A stretch of DNA of 64,000 bases, taken from contig QZJO01000001.1 of assembly GCA_003599755.1 (NCBI GenBank), positions 5,222-69,221 of the forward strand, in the 5' to 3' direction. A program made the position numbers and the translations under genes. The DNA comes from Candidatus Parcubacteria bacterium (lineage in GTDB: Bacteria; Patescibacteriota; Minisyncoccia; Sungbacterales; SURF-37). Positions 46,186 to 54,761 of this stretch are shown piece after piece (position 1 is the first letter of the stretch; each line of letters opens with the position of its first letter). The notes beneath the pieces are model-generated. The model made no database searches. It had not been told where the DNA came from and saw nothing but the letters and a program-made list of their open reading frames with translations.

Positions 46186-46791
46186 ATGCAAAAGCGCGAT
46201 GTGTTCGGGAGTATCGTCATCGGCATTGTTGCCGGTTTTTTGATGTATCTGATCGGCACGAATCTGCCCGATCTGGCCCCCGCGGTTCGGGATTGGCTCT
46301 GGGTGCTACCCATCGGCTTTCCGGTTGCCACGCTTGTTGCCATGGTCGTGGGCTCGTTCATCGGCCGGCGCATCCCGGTTGTCTATCAGCTCACCAAGTT
46401 CTTGCTCGTCGGCGGGCAGAACTTCCTTATTGATCTTGGCGTCCTCAATCTCCTGATCGCCTCGACCGGCATCGAGCAGGGCACCGAGATCGTCGTTTTC
46501 AAGGCGGTATCGTTCGTCGTCGCGGTGATCGCGAGTTTCTTTTGGAACAAATTCTGGACGTTCCGGTCGCTGTCCGTGGAGCGCGCCGGGTTCCAATTTT
46601 TTGAATTCTTCATCGTTTCGGCCATCGGCCTTGGCATCAACACCGGCTCGTTTGCCCTGGCCAACAACGTCGTCGGCGCGCAGTACGGCCTGAGCCCGGA
46701 GGCATGGGCCAACGTGAGCGCGGGCATTGCCGCGATCATCGGCCTGATGTGGAACTTCATCGGCTACAAATTCATCGTCTTCCGCCGCTAA
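46186..46791 (+). CDS. GtrA-family membrane protein (lipid-linked sugar translocation/polysaccharide synthesis)
   Basis: C-terminal 130 aa match the GtrA fold ('KFLLVGGQNFLIDLGVLNLLI', 'FFWNKFWTFR'). Extra N-terminal TM helices. Confidence 0.65.
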   Translation: MQKRDVFGSIVIGIVAGFLMYLIGTNLPDLAPAVRDWLWVLPIGFPVATLVAMVVGSFIGRRIPVVYQLTKFLLVGGQNFLIDLGVLNLLIASTGIEQGTEIVVFKAVSFVVAVIASFFWNKFWTFRSLSVERAGFQFFEFFIVSAIGLGINTGSFALANNVVGAQYGLSPEAWANVSAGIAAIIGLMWNFIGYKFIVFRR

Positions 46792-46816
46792 CGGAGGGCT
46801 CGTGCGAGTAGATTAC

Positions 46817-46848
46817 TTATTCTAATGTTCTTAAGAACATTAGAATAA
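46817..46848. promoter_or_regulatory. Perfect 32-nt palindrome P2 (TTATTCTAATGTTCTTAAGAACATTAGAATAA) 14 nt upstream of arsR; putative ArsR operator
   Basis: Read directly. AT-rich 16-0-16 palindrome typical of ArsR/SmtB operators. Confidence 0.5.
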
Positions 46849-46861
46849 AACAAAATGGAAT

Positions 46862-47146
46862 ATGGCAGAGCGCGGGGGAAAGTCGTTTCGAGAGTTAGAG
46901 CGCATCGTGCGGGGGTTTTCAAACCATCGCCGCATCGAAATCATGGGATTGCTCGATCGGATGCCGGAGCTTTCCTTGCTGGATGTCGCCAAATCGCTGC
47001 ATATCAATTTCAAAACTGCATCTGAGCATATCCGCCGGCTTGCCATTGCCGGCCTTGTTCTTAAAAGAAATGACGGCCATTCGGTGCGCCACGCTCTTGC
47101 GCCCCGTGGCAAACTTATTCTTAAGTTCTTAAGAACATTAGAATAA
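46862..47146 (+). CDS. ArsR/SmtB-family winged-HTH transcriptional regulator (no metal-binding Cys motifs evident)
   Basis: 94 aa. 'RRIEIMGLLDRMPELSLLDVAKSLHINFKTASEHIRRLAIAGLV' HTH. The stop overlaps the downstream ATG (TAATG). Confidence 0.7.
   Translation: MAERGGKSFRELERIVRGFSNHRRIEIMGLLDRMPELSLLDVAKSLHINFKTASEHIRRLAIAGLVLKRNDGHSVRHALAPRGKLILKFLRTLE
47115..47146. promoter_or_regulatory. Near-perfect copy of palindrome P3 (TTATTCTTAAGTTCTTAAGAACATTAGAATAA) overlapping the arsR 3' end and the start of the large secreted-protein gene
   Basis: Read directly. Differs from P2 at 2-3 positions in the left arm. Confidence 0.5.
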
Positions 47147-50100
47147 TGGCGCGCGGAAAACGACCGTGGATTCGCATCGTAGTGGGCGCCGGTCTTCCGC
47201 TGGTCGGGATCTGTATTGCCGTGCGAGCCGAGGCGGCGCAGTGCATTACCGAGCCGTTTGCGCAGGGATACTTTTTTAGTGACTACGAAGCGGTTGCATA
47301 TCAAGACGGGTTTCTGGCGCTTCATTATCGGATCGGCACCGAGCAGTTTAATGATGGCAGGACATTTCGCCTCGGATTTTCGGTATTCTCTGATACCTGC
47401 GACACGGCAATGCTTGATGTTTTCAATCAATTTGTCGTTGCGTTTCCGCCGGCTACGCAGGGATTTAGTATTCGTTTTACTTCCTCTTCGACATATGAGG
47501 TATGGAACGACGATATGAATACCCGTGCGGAATGCGCGGGCTGTCAGGGCGTTCTTCCTGTCTTTCCCTCCTACTACCAGATGCGCGTGAATGGCTTTAT
47601 TGATGGAGGCGCAAGCGTACTTCACGGAACATCGCATACGATTATCGAACATGCGGCCGGGCCGCCCATTCGAGGCGCGGCGCCTAACCCTCCCGATGCT
47701 TGCCCCGAGCAGGGTCTGAATGCCACGGGATACTACTTTGATGCGTTCGAACGCATCGAGCGATTGAACGGCGAGCTAGTGTACCAATTTCGACTCAAGA
47801 CGCCCTTTAATGACGGGAGAGGCGGTATCCTCTTCTTTGAGCTTTTCGATGCGGCATGCAATTCGCAGGGAATAATTCCATTTTACGATCGATTGGCGAT
47901 GACACCGCGTTCCCGGTATTTCAGCCTCCGATTTACCGATCGAACGAAATATGAGTTTTGGGACGATGACCACGAAATGCCTATTGATTGTCCTGCTTGT
48001 TCCGGCGAGTTACCGCCAGTGCTGTCGAATGGCGAGCCCTATGCATACGTGAGAGTGCGCGGCCGGATAGATGGAGCTGCTTCAACGCTTTCGTCCACGC
48101 TATTCCCTCTTGAAGGCGATGTCCCGTGTTGCTCGAACGTGCTATTTCTGCCGGGGCTCCAAGGGAGCCGGCTGTATCGTCCTGGCGAGGATCAACTTTG
48201 GGAGCCGACGCGGAATCAAGATATTGAAGAACTATATCTCGCAAACAACGGGCAGAGTTTGAATGCCGAGATTTATACCCGGGATATCATCGATGAGGCG
48301 CCGCGGATCATCAACGGCTATAACGTATATAAAAAATTCATCCAGTTCATGGATGAAGAATTAGTGGGGCAGGGAATCATCGATGAATGGAAAGCGATTC
48401 CCTATGACTGGCGACTCGACCTACCGTATATCATGCACGACGGTAAGAAAGTCGGCGAGACGGAGGGCGAAGACAATATCTCGTACATTGGCTCCACATC
48501 CACGCCGTATCTTATTCAAGAACTCGAGCGACTCGCGAATACATCGCGATCGGGTCGCGTGACGATCATCGCGCACTCCAACGGCGGGTTACTGGCCAAA
48601 TATTTGTTATCACAGATCGCCCCTCCTCATAGCCAGTACCATCATCTTTTCGCGAAGATCGATAAAGTAATACTCGTGGCGGTACCGCAGATCGGAACGC
48701 CTGCGGCAATCGAAGGCCTTCTCCACGGCGATGAACCTCAGCTGGGGGCAAATGTCGGTGTTACGGATTGGGGTTTTCTCGTAGACGAAGAGCGAGCGCG
48801 CGAACTTGCTGAGAATATGCAAAGCGCTTACAACCTTTTGCCGTCGCAGACGTATTTCGAGTTGGTGCAAAGTCCTATGGTGGAATTCGAATCGTCGACG
48901 GCGCGCGCCTACGATTTTCGCTCTTTTTACGACGGCACTATCGACTCGACCGAAGAGCTCAAGAGTTTTCTTGCGGGCGAACCGCATATACAGGGTCGTA
49001 GCGAACCGTTTGCCGACGACGAAGAATCGCCGAATGTACTGGATGCAAATATGCTCGCGTCGGCTATGCAGATGCATGCCGTGCTCGATAATTGGGCCCC
49101 TCCGGGCGGTATTGAAGTGGTCCAGATTGCCGGCTGGGGCATCAAGACCGTTCGCGGGATAAAGTATTCGTGCGGATTCTTCACATGCTCATCATTGAGT
49201 ACGCTTGACCGGGAGATTCTAAAAACGCACGAGGGAGACGGGACGGTTGTGCTGCCAAGTGCGGTAGCGATGGAGGAAGCGGAGAATGTTGAGAAATATT
49301 ATGTAAATCTGAGTAATTATAACGGAGAGCTTAGAAACCTCCGGAGAAACCGCGATCACGCGAGTATTTTAGAAGCCGATCCTACAAGGGCGTTTCTTAA
49401 AGAGATTATTAAAAATGATAAAAATTTAATAAAGCACGTAACATCCTCCATCCCGTCGGGCGAAGATCTCCTTACTCTTGATTATGCTATTCATTCACCT
49501 GTTGATATCCATCTGTATGATGCAGACAGTAATCATACCGGTCCTATTTCTAACCCATTACAGAACTCTGATTTCTTGGCATATGAAGCAACTATTCCAA
49601 ATTCCTATTATTGGGAATATGGTGAGACAAAATATGCTGGCTCAGATGCCATGACTGGAACGCTGGTGCAGTTGGTTGGTACGGCTACCGGCACATTTAC
49701 ATTCGATATTATCGAGAATCGGGGAGATGAAATTTTGGCAACAACAACCTTTAGAGATATTCCTGTTGGGATAGGATCCGTGCTTACCATGCGGATTGAT
49801 ACGATTGCGAGTTCAACATCGTTGCGAATGGATTTTGATGGAGATGGAATCATCGAAACGGATATTCTTCCGGGCGAAGGCATTACAACGAATGAGCTCA
49901 TTGGAATTATGAAAGGTCTCGTTAAAACGTTCAGCCTAACCGAGGAAGAGGAGAAAGGGCTTATTAAAGCGCTTGATAAATTCGAGAAAAATCTTGGCAA
50001 GGATTTCAAAGACGAAGAAAAAAGAAAAAAGAAGCTCGGACAGGCACTAGATTCAGTTGCGGGAAAGATCGAAAAATATGGGCAGAAAGAAGTTCTTTCG

Positions 50101-50163
50101 CCGGATGAGTTATTGCAGTTGATAAATTTTATAGATGAAATTAGGACTAAAGTGTTAGATTGA
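47146..50163 (+). CDS. Large secreted multidomain protein: signal peptide, two tandem paralogous Cys-containing domains, LCAT/PGAP1-like alpha/beta-hydrolase (phospholipase/acyltransferase-like) domain, low-GC beta-rich and coiled-coil C-terminal module
   Basis: Signal peptide 'MARGKRPWIRIVVGAGLPLVGICIAVRAEA'. Internal duplication (ECAGCQGVLP / DCPACSGELP). 'AIPYDWRLDLPYIM' resembles the LCAT 'APYDWRL' motif. Nucleophile elbow 'VTIIAHSNGGLLAKY'. GC drops from about 52% to about 38% at about 49290. Confidence 0.6.
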   Translation: MARGKRPWIRIVVGAGLPLVGICIAVRAEAAQCITEPFAQGYFFSDYEAVAYQDGFLALHYRIGTEQFNDGRTFRLGFSVFSDTCDTAMLDVFNQFVVAFPPATQGFSIRFTSSSTYEVWNDDMNTRAECAGCQGVLPVFPSYYQMRVNGFIDGGASVLHGTSHTIIEHAAGPPIRGAAPNPPDACPEQGLNATGYYFDAFERIERLNGELVYQFRLKTPFNDGRGGILFFELFDAACNSQGIIPFYDRLAMTPRSRYFSLRFTDRTKYEFWDDDHEMPIDCPACSGELPPVLSNGEPYAYVRVRGRIDGAASTLSSTLFPLEGDVPCCSNVLFLPGLQGSRLYRPGEDQLWEPTRNQDIEELYLANNGQSLNAEIYTRDIIDEAPRIINGYNVYKKFIQFMDEELVGQGIIDEWKAIPYDWRLDLPYIMHDGKKVGETEGEDNISYIGSTSTPYLIQELERLANTSRSGRVTIIAHSNGGLLAKYLLSQIAPPHSQYHHLFAKIDKVILVAVPQIGTPAAIEGLLHGDEPQLGANVGVTDWGFLVDEERARELAENMQSAYNLLPSQTYFELVQSPMVEFESSTARAYDFRSFYDGTIDSTEELKSFLAGEPHIQGRSEPFADDEESPNVLDANMLASAMQMHAVLDNWAPPGGIEVVQIAGWGIKTVRGIKYSCGFFTCSSLSTLDREILKTHEGDGTVVLPSAVAMEEAENVEKYYVNLSNYNGELRNLRRNRDHASILEADPTRAFLKEIIKNDKNLIKHVTSSIPSGEDLLTLDYAIHSPVDIHLYDADSNHTGPISNPLQNSDFLAYEATIPNSYYWEYGETKYAGSDAMTGTLVQLVGTATGTFTFDIIENRGDEILATTTFRDIPVGIGSVLTMRIDTIASSTSLRMDFDGDGIIETDILPGEGITTNELIGIMKGLVKTFSLTEEEEKGLIKALDKFEKNLGKDFKDEEKRKKKLGQALDSVAGKIEKYGQKEVLSPDELLQLINFIDEIRTKVLD

Positions 50164-50166
50164 AAT

Positions 50167-50592
50167 ATGTCTCATAGACAGAAAATAGCTGTAATAGTTA
50201 CTATCTCCGTATTAATTTTCGGTTCTGTATGGTTTGTTTGTGCAGAAGAATGTCCTAATATAAGTCGCTTCCTAGATCCTGAATCTGAAGAGGCAATAGT
50301 GCTTTCTGCAGTTTTATTCCTTCCATCGATTTTCTTAATTTCACTTATGCTCTTCTTTTTTGGAGAAGAGACATTCCGCCTTTGGTTTAATTTTGCCAAA
50401 TTTTACTTACCAATTACGATCGCGTTTATTATTTGGTCTGCGTATGTTTCAAGCAGCACGAGCTGGGGAATAAGTACCGGATCGGATGCTGAATCTTTCG
50501 CTTGGTTTTTTGCGATTCTATTCCTCATTATTTCTGTATCTCTAATCTCCTGGAAATCTTGGCGACTACGGAAAGGATCAGCAGGGAGATAA
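50167..50592 (+). CDS. Small 4-TM membrane protein (low-GC; immunity-protein-like placement)
   Basis: 141 aa with four hydrophobic helices, AT-rich codons. Starts 4 nt after the stop of the large secreted-protein gene. Confidence 0.5.
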   Translation: MSHRQKIAVIVTISVLIFGSVWFVCAEECPNISRFLDPESEEAIVLSAVLFLPSIFLISLMLFFFGEETFRLWFNFAKFYLPITIAFIIWSAYVSSSTSWGISTGSDAESFAWFFAILFLIISVSLISWKSWRLRKGSAGR

Positions 50593-50655
50593 CGGAGTGA
50601 CATCGGATGTCGGTACCGCTATTTAACTCCTGGCCCGTTTCAGTTTTATTCTAAT

Positions 50656-50877
50656 ATGCTCGTTGCCGAAGGCAAACTTGATGCGCGCATTGCGTTTGAT
50701 CCTTGGGGTTATGACTATGATTTCGCCTCCGGCGTATTGCTCATTGCCGAAGCCGGCGGCCGCGTGACAAACATTGGCAGCACGACCTACGACTACCGTA
50801 ATACGAATTTCATTGCCGCAAATCCGGTAATTTTTGAAGAACTCACGAAAGGTCCGGACGCCATATTCCCATTGTGA
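50656..50877 (+). pseudogene. C-terminal remnant (about 73 aa) of an inositol-monophosphatase-family (SuhB/CysQ-like) gene; the 5' part is missing
   Basis: 'LVAEGKLDARIAFDPWGYDYDFASGVLLIAEAGGRVTN' matches the IMPase C-terminal 'WDxAAGxLIxxEAGGxVTD' region. No N-terminal metal-binding motifs occur upstream, where the low-GC insert lies. Confidence 0.55.
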
Positions 50878-51407
50878 AAAAGCAAACGAATTGGATTGTT
50901 TTTACTGGCGCTCCAAACTCGGGGAAGTCCAGTGCGCTCGAGCGAATGTCATTCCTCGGATATAAAACCGTGCCCGAGAACGCCCGCCTTTTCATTGATC
51001 AAGAAGTGAGCCAAGGAAGAGCGGTCAGTGATATCCGCGCAGATGAGCAAGAGTTTCAAAGAAAGATTCTCGCTCTTAACAAGGAAGTAGCTGAACGGTT
51101 CCCTTCCGAAGAACTTACGTTTTTTGATAGAGGTCTGGGGGACAGCATTGCGTATTTCACCGTGCACCGGATGGATCCTGCGCCTGCCATTCAAGCAGCG
51201 CGAGATATTCAATACCGAAAAGTATTTCTGTTTGATCGTTTGGCATCACAACGAAATCAATTTGGCGATGAACAGATAGCCAGCGAAATTGAAGCGGCGA
51301 TCGAGCGAGCCTATACGGACTTGGGATATGAGATCACTCGGGTTCCGGCGGTTTCCATACCGGAACGAGTCACATTAATTTTGGATACTCTTGAGTTAGA
51401 GGGGTAA
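50874..51407 (+). CDS. P-loop NTPase (AAA_28/predicted kinase-ATPase family)
   Basis: 'IVFTGAPNSGKSSALE' Walker A, 'FFDRGLGDSIAY' Walker B-like. About 50% GC. Confidence 0.6.
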   Translation: MKKQTNWIVFTGAPNSGKSSALERMSFLGYKTVPENARLFIDQEVSQGRAVSDIRADEQEFQRKILALNKEVAERFPSEELTFFDRGLGDSIAYFTVHRMDPAPAIQAARDIQYRKVFLFDRLASQRNQFGDEQIASEIEAAIERAYTDLGYEITRVPAVSIPERVTLILDTLELEG

Positions 51408-51517
51408 GGGTTGTCCGATACTATTCATAATTTGCCCTGTGAAATACCGCAATGGCCTCTCTTGAGGCGATAGGGTATCTTCAAGGAGCTTAGAATCATA
51501 AGCCCGCACGGATATTT

Positions 51518-52558
51518 ATGCCCAAGGAAGAAAAAGCCGAGAAACTGCGCGCATTGGAAGATACGGTCAAAGAGCTCCAGGACAAGTTCGGGGAAGGGGC
51601 GCTGATGATGCTTGGCGAGGCCCGGAAGGTCAACGTGGATGTCATCCCGACCGGCTCGCTTGCCCTGGATATGGCCCTTGGCGTGGGCGGGATGCCCAGA
51701 GGCCGGGTGGTGGAGATATTCGGCCCCGAATCTTCGGGCAAGACCACGCTCGCGCTCCATATCGTTGCCCAAGCCCAAAAGAAGGGCGGGCTTGCGGCAT
51801 TCGTGGATGCCGAGCATGCCCTGGACCCGGACTATGCCAAGCGCCTCGGCGTGAAGGTCAACGAGCTTTTGATATCCCAGCCCGACACCGGCGAGCAGGC
51901 CTTGGAGATCGTGGATTCGCTCGTGCGCTCGGGTTCCATGGACGTGGTGGTGATCGACTCGGTGGCCGCGCTCACACCCCGGGCCGAGATCGAGGGCGAC
52001 ATGGGCCAGCAGCACGTCGGCCTGCAGGCGCGCTTGATGTCGCATGCGCTCCGGAAATTGACGGGGTCGGTGTCGCGCACCAAGACCGTGGTGATTTTCA
52101 TCAACCAGATACGGATGCAGATCGGCATCATGTTCGGCAACCCCGAGACCACGCCCGGGGGCAAGGCCCTGAAATTCTATTCGTCCGTGCGCGTGGAGGT
52201 GCGCCGTGCGGCGCAAATCAAGAAAGGGGACGAGATCATCGGCAACCGGGTGAACGCCAAGGTAGTGAAGAACAAGGTTGCCGCGCCGTTTCGTCGCGCG
52301 GAGTTCGACATCTTCTACAACGAAGGCATTTCGCATGAGGCCGAATTGCTGATCCTTGGCGAAAAGTACGGGGTACTCAAGAAATCGGGTGCTTCGTACC
52401 TGTTCGGCGGCACGCGCCTCGGCCAGGGCTTTGATAACGCCCGCAATTTCCTGAAGGAAAATGGGAAGATCGCCGATGAGATAGCCAAAAAAATCAAAGA
52501 CGCCGCGGCTTCCGGCGTGGTCCCGGAACCAAAGGGCAAAGGAAAAGAGGAGGATTAG
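51518..52558 (+). CDS. recA: Recombinase RecA
   Basis: '[19 protein letters not shown]' Walker A, 'VVIDSVAAL', L2 loop. 346 aa. Confidence 0.95.
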   Translation: MPKEEKAEKLRALEDTVKELQDKFGEGALMMLGEARKVNVDVIPTGSLALDMALGVGGMPRGRVVEIFGPESSGKTTLALHIVAQAQKKGGLAAFVDAEHALDPDYAKRLGVKVNELLISQPDTGEQALEIVDSLVRSGSMDVVVIDSVAALTPRAEIEGDMGQQHVGLQARLMSHALRKLTGSVSRTKTVVIFINQIRMQIGIMFGNPETTPGGKALKFYSSVRVEVRRAAQIKKGDEIIGNRVNAKVVKNKVAAPFRRAEFDIFYNEGISHEAELLILGEKYGVLKKSGASYLFGGTRLGQGFDNARNFLKENGKIADEIAKKIKDAAASGVVPEPKGKGKEED

Positions 52559-52576
52559 ATTTGTCGAGGAAACGAC

Positions 52577-52615
52577 AAACCGCCGGCCACTCAGGGCCGG
52601 CGGTTTGCATATGAA
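52577..52615 (+). terminator. Rho-independent terminator after recA
   Basis: AAACCGCCGGCC-ACTCAG-GGCCGGCGGTTTGCATAT. Confidence 0.55.
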
Positions 52616-53212
52616 GTTAAAAAAATGGGCCGCCAGAGTGGTGGAAGCCCGAGACGAGAGACGTTTCCAGTGCGAGGCCTGGACCCTTGTTGCCCGTTTT
52701 ACGGGGCTTGAGAGCCATTCCTGGCCAAAGACCTTGCGGTCACCTTTGAGACGTATCCCGCCCGAACACCACCACACTGGCGGCATGCCGCTGACGATGG
52801 CCAGCCCTTTGTTGACGACCGAAGCCGTCACCACTGAGCTTGACGCCCGATCGCTCCCAGGGAGCATATGCTGACGCGCGGCCAGCCACGCTTTGAGAAC
52901 GCTCGTGCGTCCAATCATCGTCCTTACGGCATCTGATGGGCATGCGCCCGAAGAACTTTGCCGCGAACGGCACCCTACGATCTGCAGGTGAGGGGGAAAA
53001 CCCACAGCTGTTTGACCGAAGCGCCGATCCGCGACTTTTTTCGGCAGGCACCCGCCCGCCAGCTTGCCAACAGATGCACTCGTCACCCGTCAGCCCATGC
53101 ATCTTCGCGCGTTCGGGGTTTTGAGTCAAGCGTTTTTCAGGCTGTTTTACCCTCTGGTCATCAACAAGTAATGCACAGCGCTGTCAGACAATGAAGAAGA
53201 ATTGAAGGCAAG

Positions 53213-53250
53213 AAAATCCGTCCGCCGGGCGCGGACGGATTTTCTTCACG
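53213..53250 (-). terminator. Hairpin terminator downstream of the rpsF-ssb-rpsR operon (minus strand)
   Basis: AAAATCCGTCCGC-CGGG-CGCGGACGGATTTTCTT. T-rich on the minus strand after the hairpin. Confidence 0.5.
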
Positions 53251-53267
53251 AAGCGAAAGCCTAATCC

Positions 53268-53546
53268 TTAGTAGAGATTGTAGGCGAGCAAGCCGAGTTC
53301 GCGCGCGCGCTTGATGGCGTTCGCGAGCGCGCGCTGGTGGAGCGCGCAGAGGCCCGTGCGGCGCCGCGGCATGATCTTCATCTGGAAATTCATGAAGCGC
53401 CGCAGCGTCTCGGCATCCTTGTGGTCGATGAATTTATGGCTCGAGGTGCAAAAGAAACACTGCCGTTCGGGCTGCGGGGCAACCGAACGGATCATGCGCG
53501 CGGTGCGCGCGGCTTCGCGAGGCGATTGGGTTCGAGGAGACGGCAT
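53268..53546 (-). CDS. rpsR: 30S ribosomal protein S18
   Basis: 'CFFCTSSHKFIDHKDAETLRRFMNFQMKIMPRRRTGLCALHQRALANAIKRARELGLLAY'. The start may be the internal ATG at 53495. Confidence 0.8.
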   Translation of the reverse strand: MPSPRTQSPREAARTARMIRSVAPQPERQCFFCTSSHKFIDHKDAETLRRFMNFQMKIMPRRRTGLCALHQRALANAIKRARELGLLAYNLY

Positions 53547-53572
53547 GATGGATTGCGATTATGCGATCGGTG

Positions 53573-54046
53573 CTAAAACGGAATATCTTCGGGTTTGATT
53601 TCGTCTTCGTCGCCGGGGTATTGCACGGTCTCGACGGGCTCAGGGGCCGGTTGCTCGGCCTGTTCGCCGCTTGCCGCGGCTTTGCCGTTGGGCGCGCCGC
53701 TGGCCGCGTGGCCGCCGCCCGTGCGCGGGCCCAGCTGCATGGTCTCGGCCACGATTTCGGTGCGGTATTTTTTTTCGCCGTTTTTGTCCTGCCAGGAGCG
53801 CGTTTGGATACGGCCTTCGATGAACACGAGCGAGCCCCTTTTCAAATATTGGTTGCAGATCTCGGCCAGACGGCCCCAGGCGACGATATTGTGGAATTCG
53901 GCCGCTTGTTGGCGTTCGCCGCGCGCGTCTTTGAATACGCGGTTGGTCGCGATGCTGAAGGAGCAGACGTTTTGGCCGCTCGGCGTGGTGCGCAGTTCCG
54001 GATCGCGCGTCACATTGCCGAGGACGAATGCTTTGTTGAAGTTCAT
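53573..54046 (-). CDS. ssb: Single-stranded DNA-binding protein
   Basis: OB fold 'FVLGNVTRDPELRTTPSGQNVCSFSIATN', acidic tail ending 'DIPF'. Confidence 0.9.
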   Translation of the reverse strand: MNFNKAFVLGNVTRDPELRTTPSGQNVCSFSIATNRVFKDARGERQQAAEFHNIVAWGRLAEICNQYLKRGSLVFIEGRIQTRSWQDKNGEKKYRTEIVAETMQLGPRTGGGHAASGAPNGKAAASGEQAEQPAPEPVETVQYPGDEDEIKPEDIPF

Positions 54047-54564
54047 GCGCGTTCCTCCTCAGTTGATGCGGGAGCAGCGTTTGATTCGGCCGCGGCGGGG
54101 GTTTCCTCGCCGCCGAGGATTTCATCGAGTTTTTTGTCGAGCTCCGCGAATTTCTGGACGTCCTCTTCTTTCGGCGCTTGGGGTGTGAATGCCTGGGCAG
54201 GACCGCCGCCCGCGCCGCTCGGGCGCCGGCCGCGTTCGCCGCGAGGGCGGAATTCCTGGACCGGGCGCTTCACCTCTTCGGTGATCATATGGCGGACTAT
54301 GGATTTCTCGCCTTTGAGCTTGGCGTTGATTTCTCCAAGGCGCTCGGGCGCGACGGTAAAGACCGTGTAGCCGAAGTAGGCGTTTTGCAATTCATCGATG
54401 GGGTAGGCGAGGCGGCGCTTTTTCGGCTCTTCGATCCGCCCGACAACACCATGCGCATCCTGGATGAAGCCGGTGATTTTTCCGGCCTCGCCGAACACGG
54501 CATCCTCGGCGATGTCGGGCTGGAAGAGGTAGGACACTTCGTAGGTTTTGGTATCCGCGTTCAT
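54043..54564 (-). CDS. rpsF: 30S ribosomal protein S6 (with extended C-terminal tail)
   Basis: 'YEVSYLFQPDIAED', 'RRLAYPID'. The start is set at MNADTKTYEV; the track ORF begins at 54588. Confidence 0.85.
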   Translation of the reverse strand: MNADTKTYEVSYLFQPDIAEDAVFGEAGKITGFIQDAHGVVGRIEEPKKRRLAYPIDELQNAYFGYTVFTVAPERLGEINAKLKGEKSIVRHMITEEVKRPVQEFRPRGERGRRPSGAGGGPAQAFTPQAPKEEDVQKFAELDKKLDEILGGEETPAAAESNAAPASTEEERA

Positions 54565-54761
54565 GGCGATGTGCTCAAACTCTAGCAAACGAGCCGTGGT
54601 TTTCCAATTGACTTTTCATATCACGAATGGTACCTTGGCGCAAGATAGACGACCTTTTGAGCGTGTTCGAGCGGGAGAAAGGCCCCGTGGCTTTCGCAGG
54701 CGCGCGGCATGCGCGTCTGGCATGTTCGGGTACGAGAATGTTCGTTTCCCGGGAGGCCATC

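Noticed and set aside
46038-47146. AT-rich palindromes P1-P4 as rho-independent terminators
   Set aside because: The stems are almost pure A/T with 0-2-nt loops and no downstream U-tract. P2 and P3 flank a regulator gene in operator-like positions. Protein-binding sites are more plausible.
51425-53086. 553-aa minus-strand ORF
   Set aside because: Antisense to recA.
52616-53212. RNase P RNA, tmRNA or SRP RNA in the recA-rpsR gap
   Set aside because: None of the diagnostic conserved blocks is present (GGAAAGTCCGGGC, AGGGTGAAANGGTGCGGTAAGAGCGCACC, the tmRNA tag frame with 3' CCA arm, or SRP GGAAGCAGCC). Only a short GGGGGAAAACCCAC resemblance.
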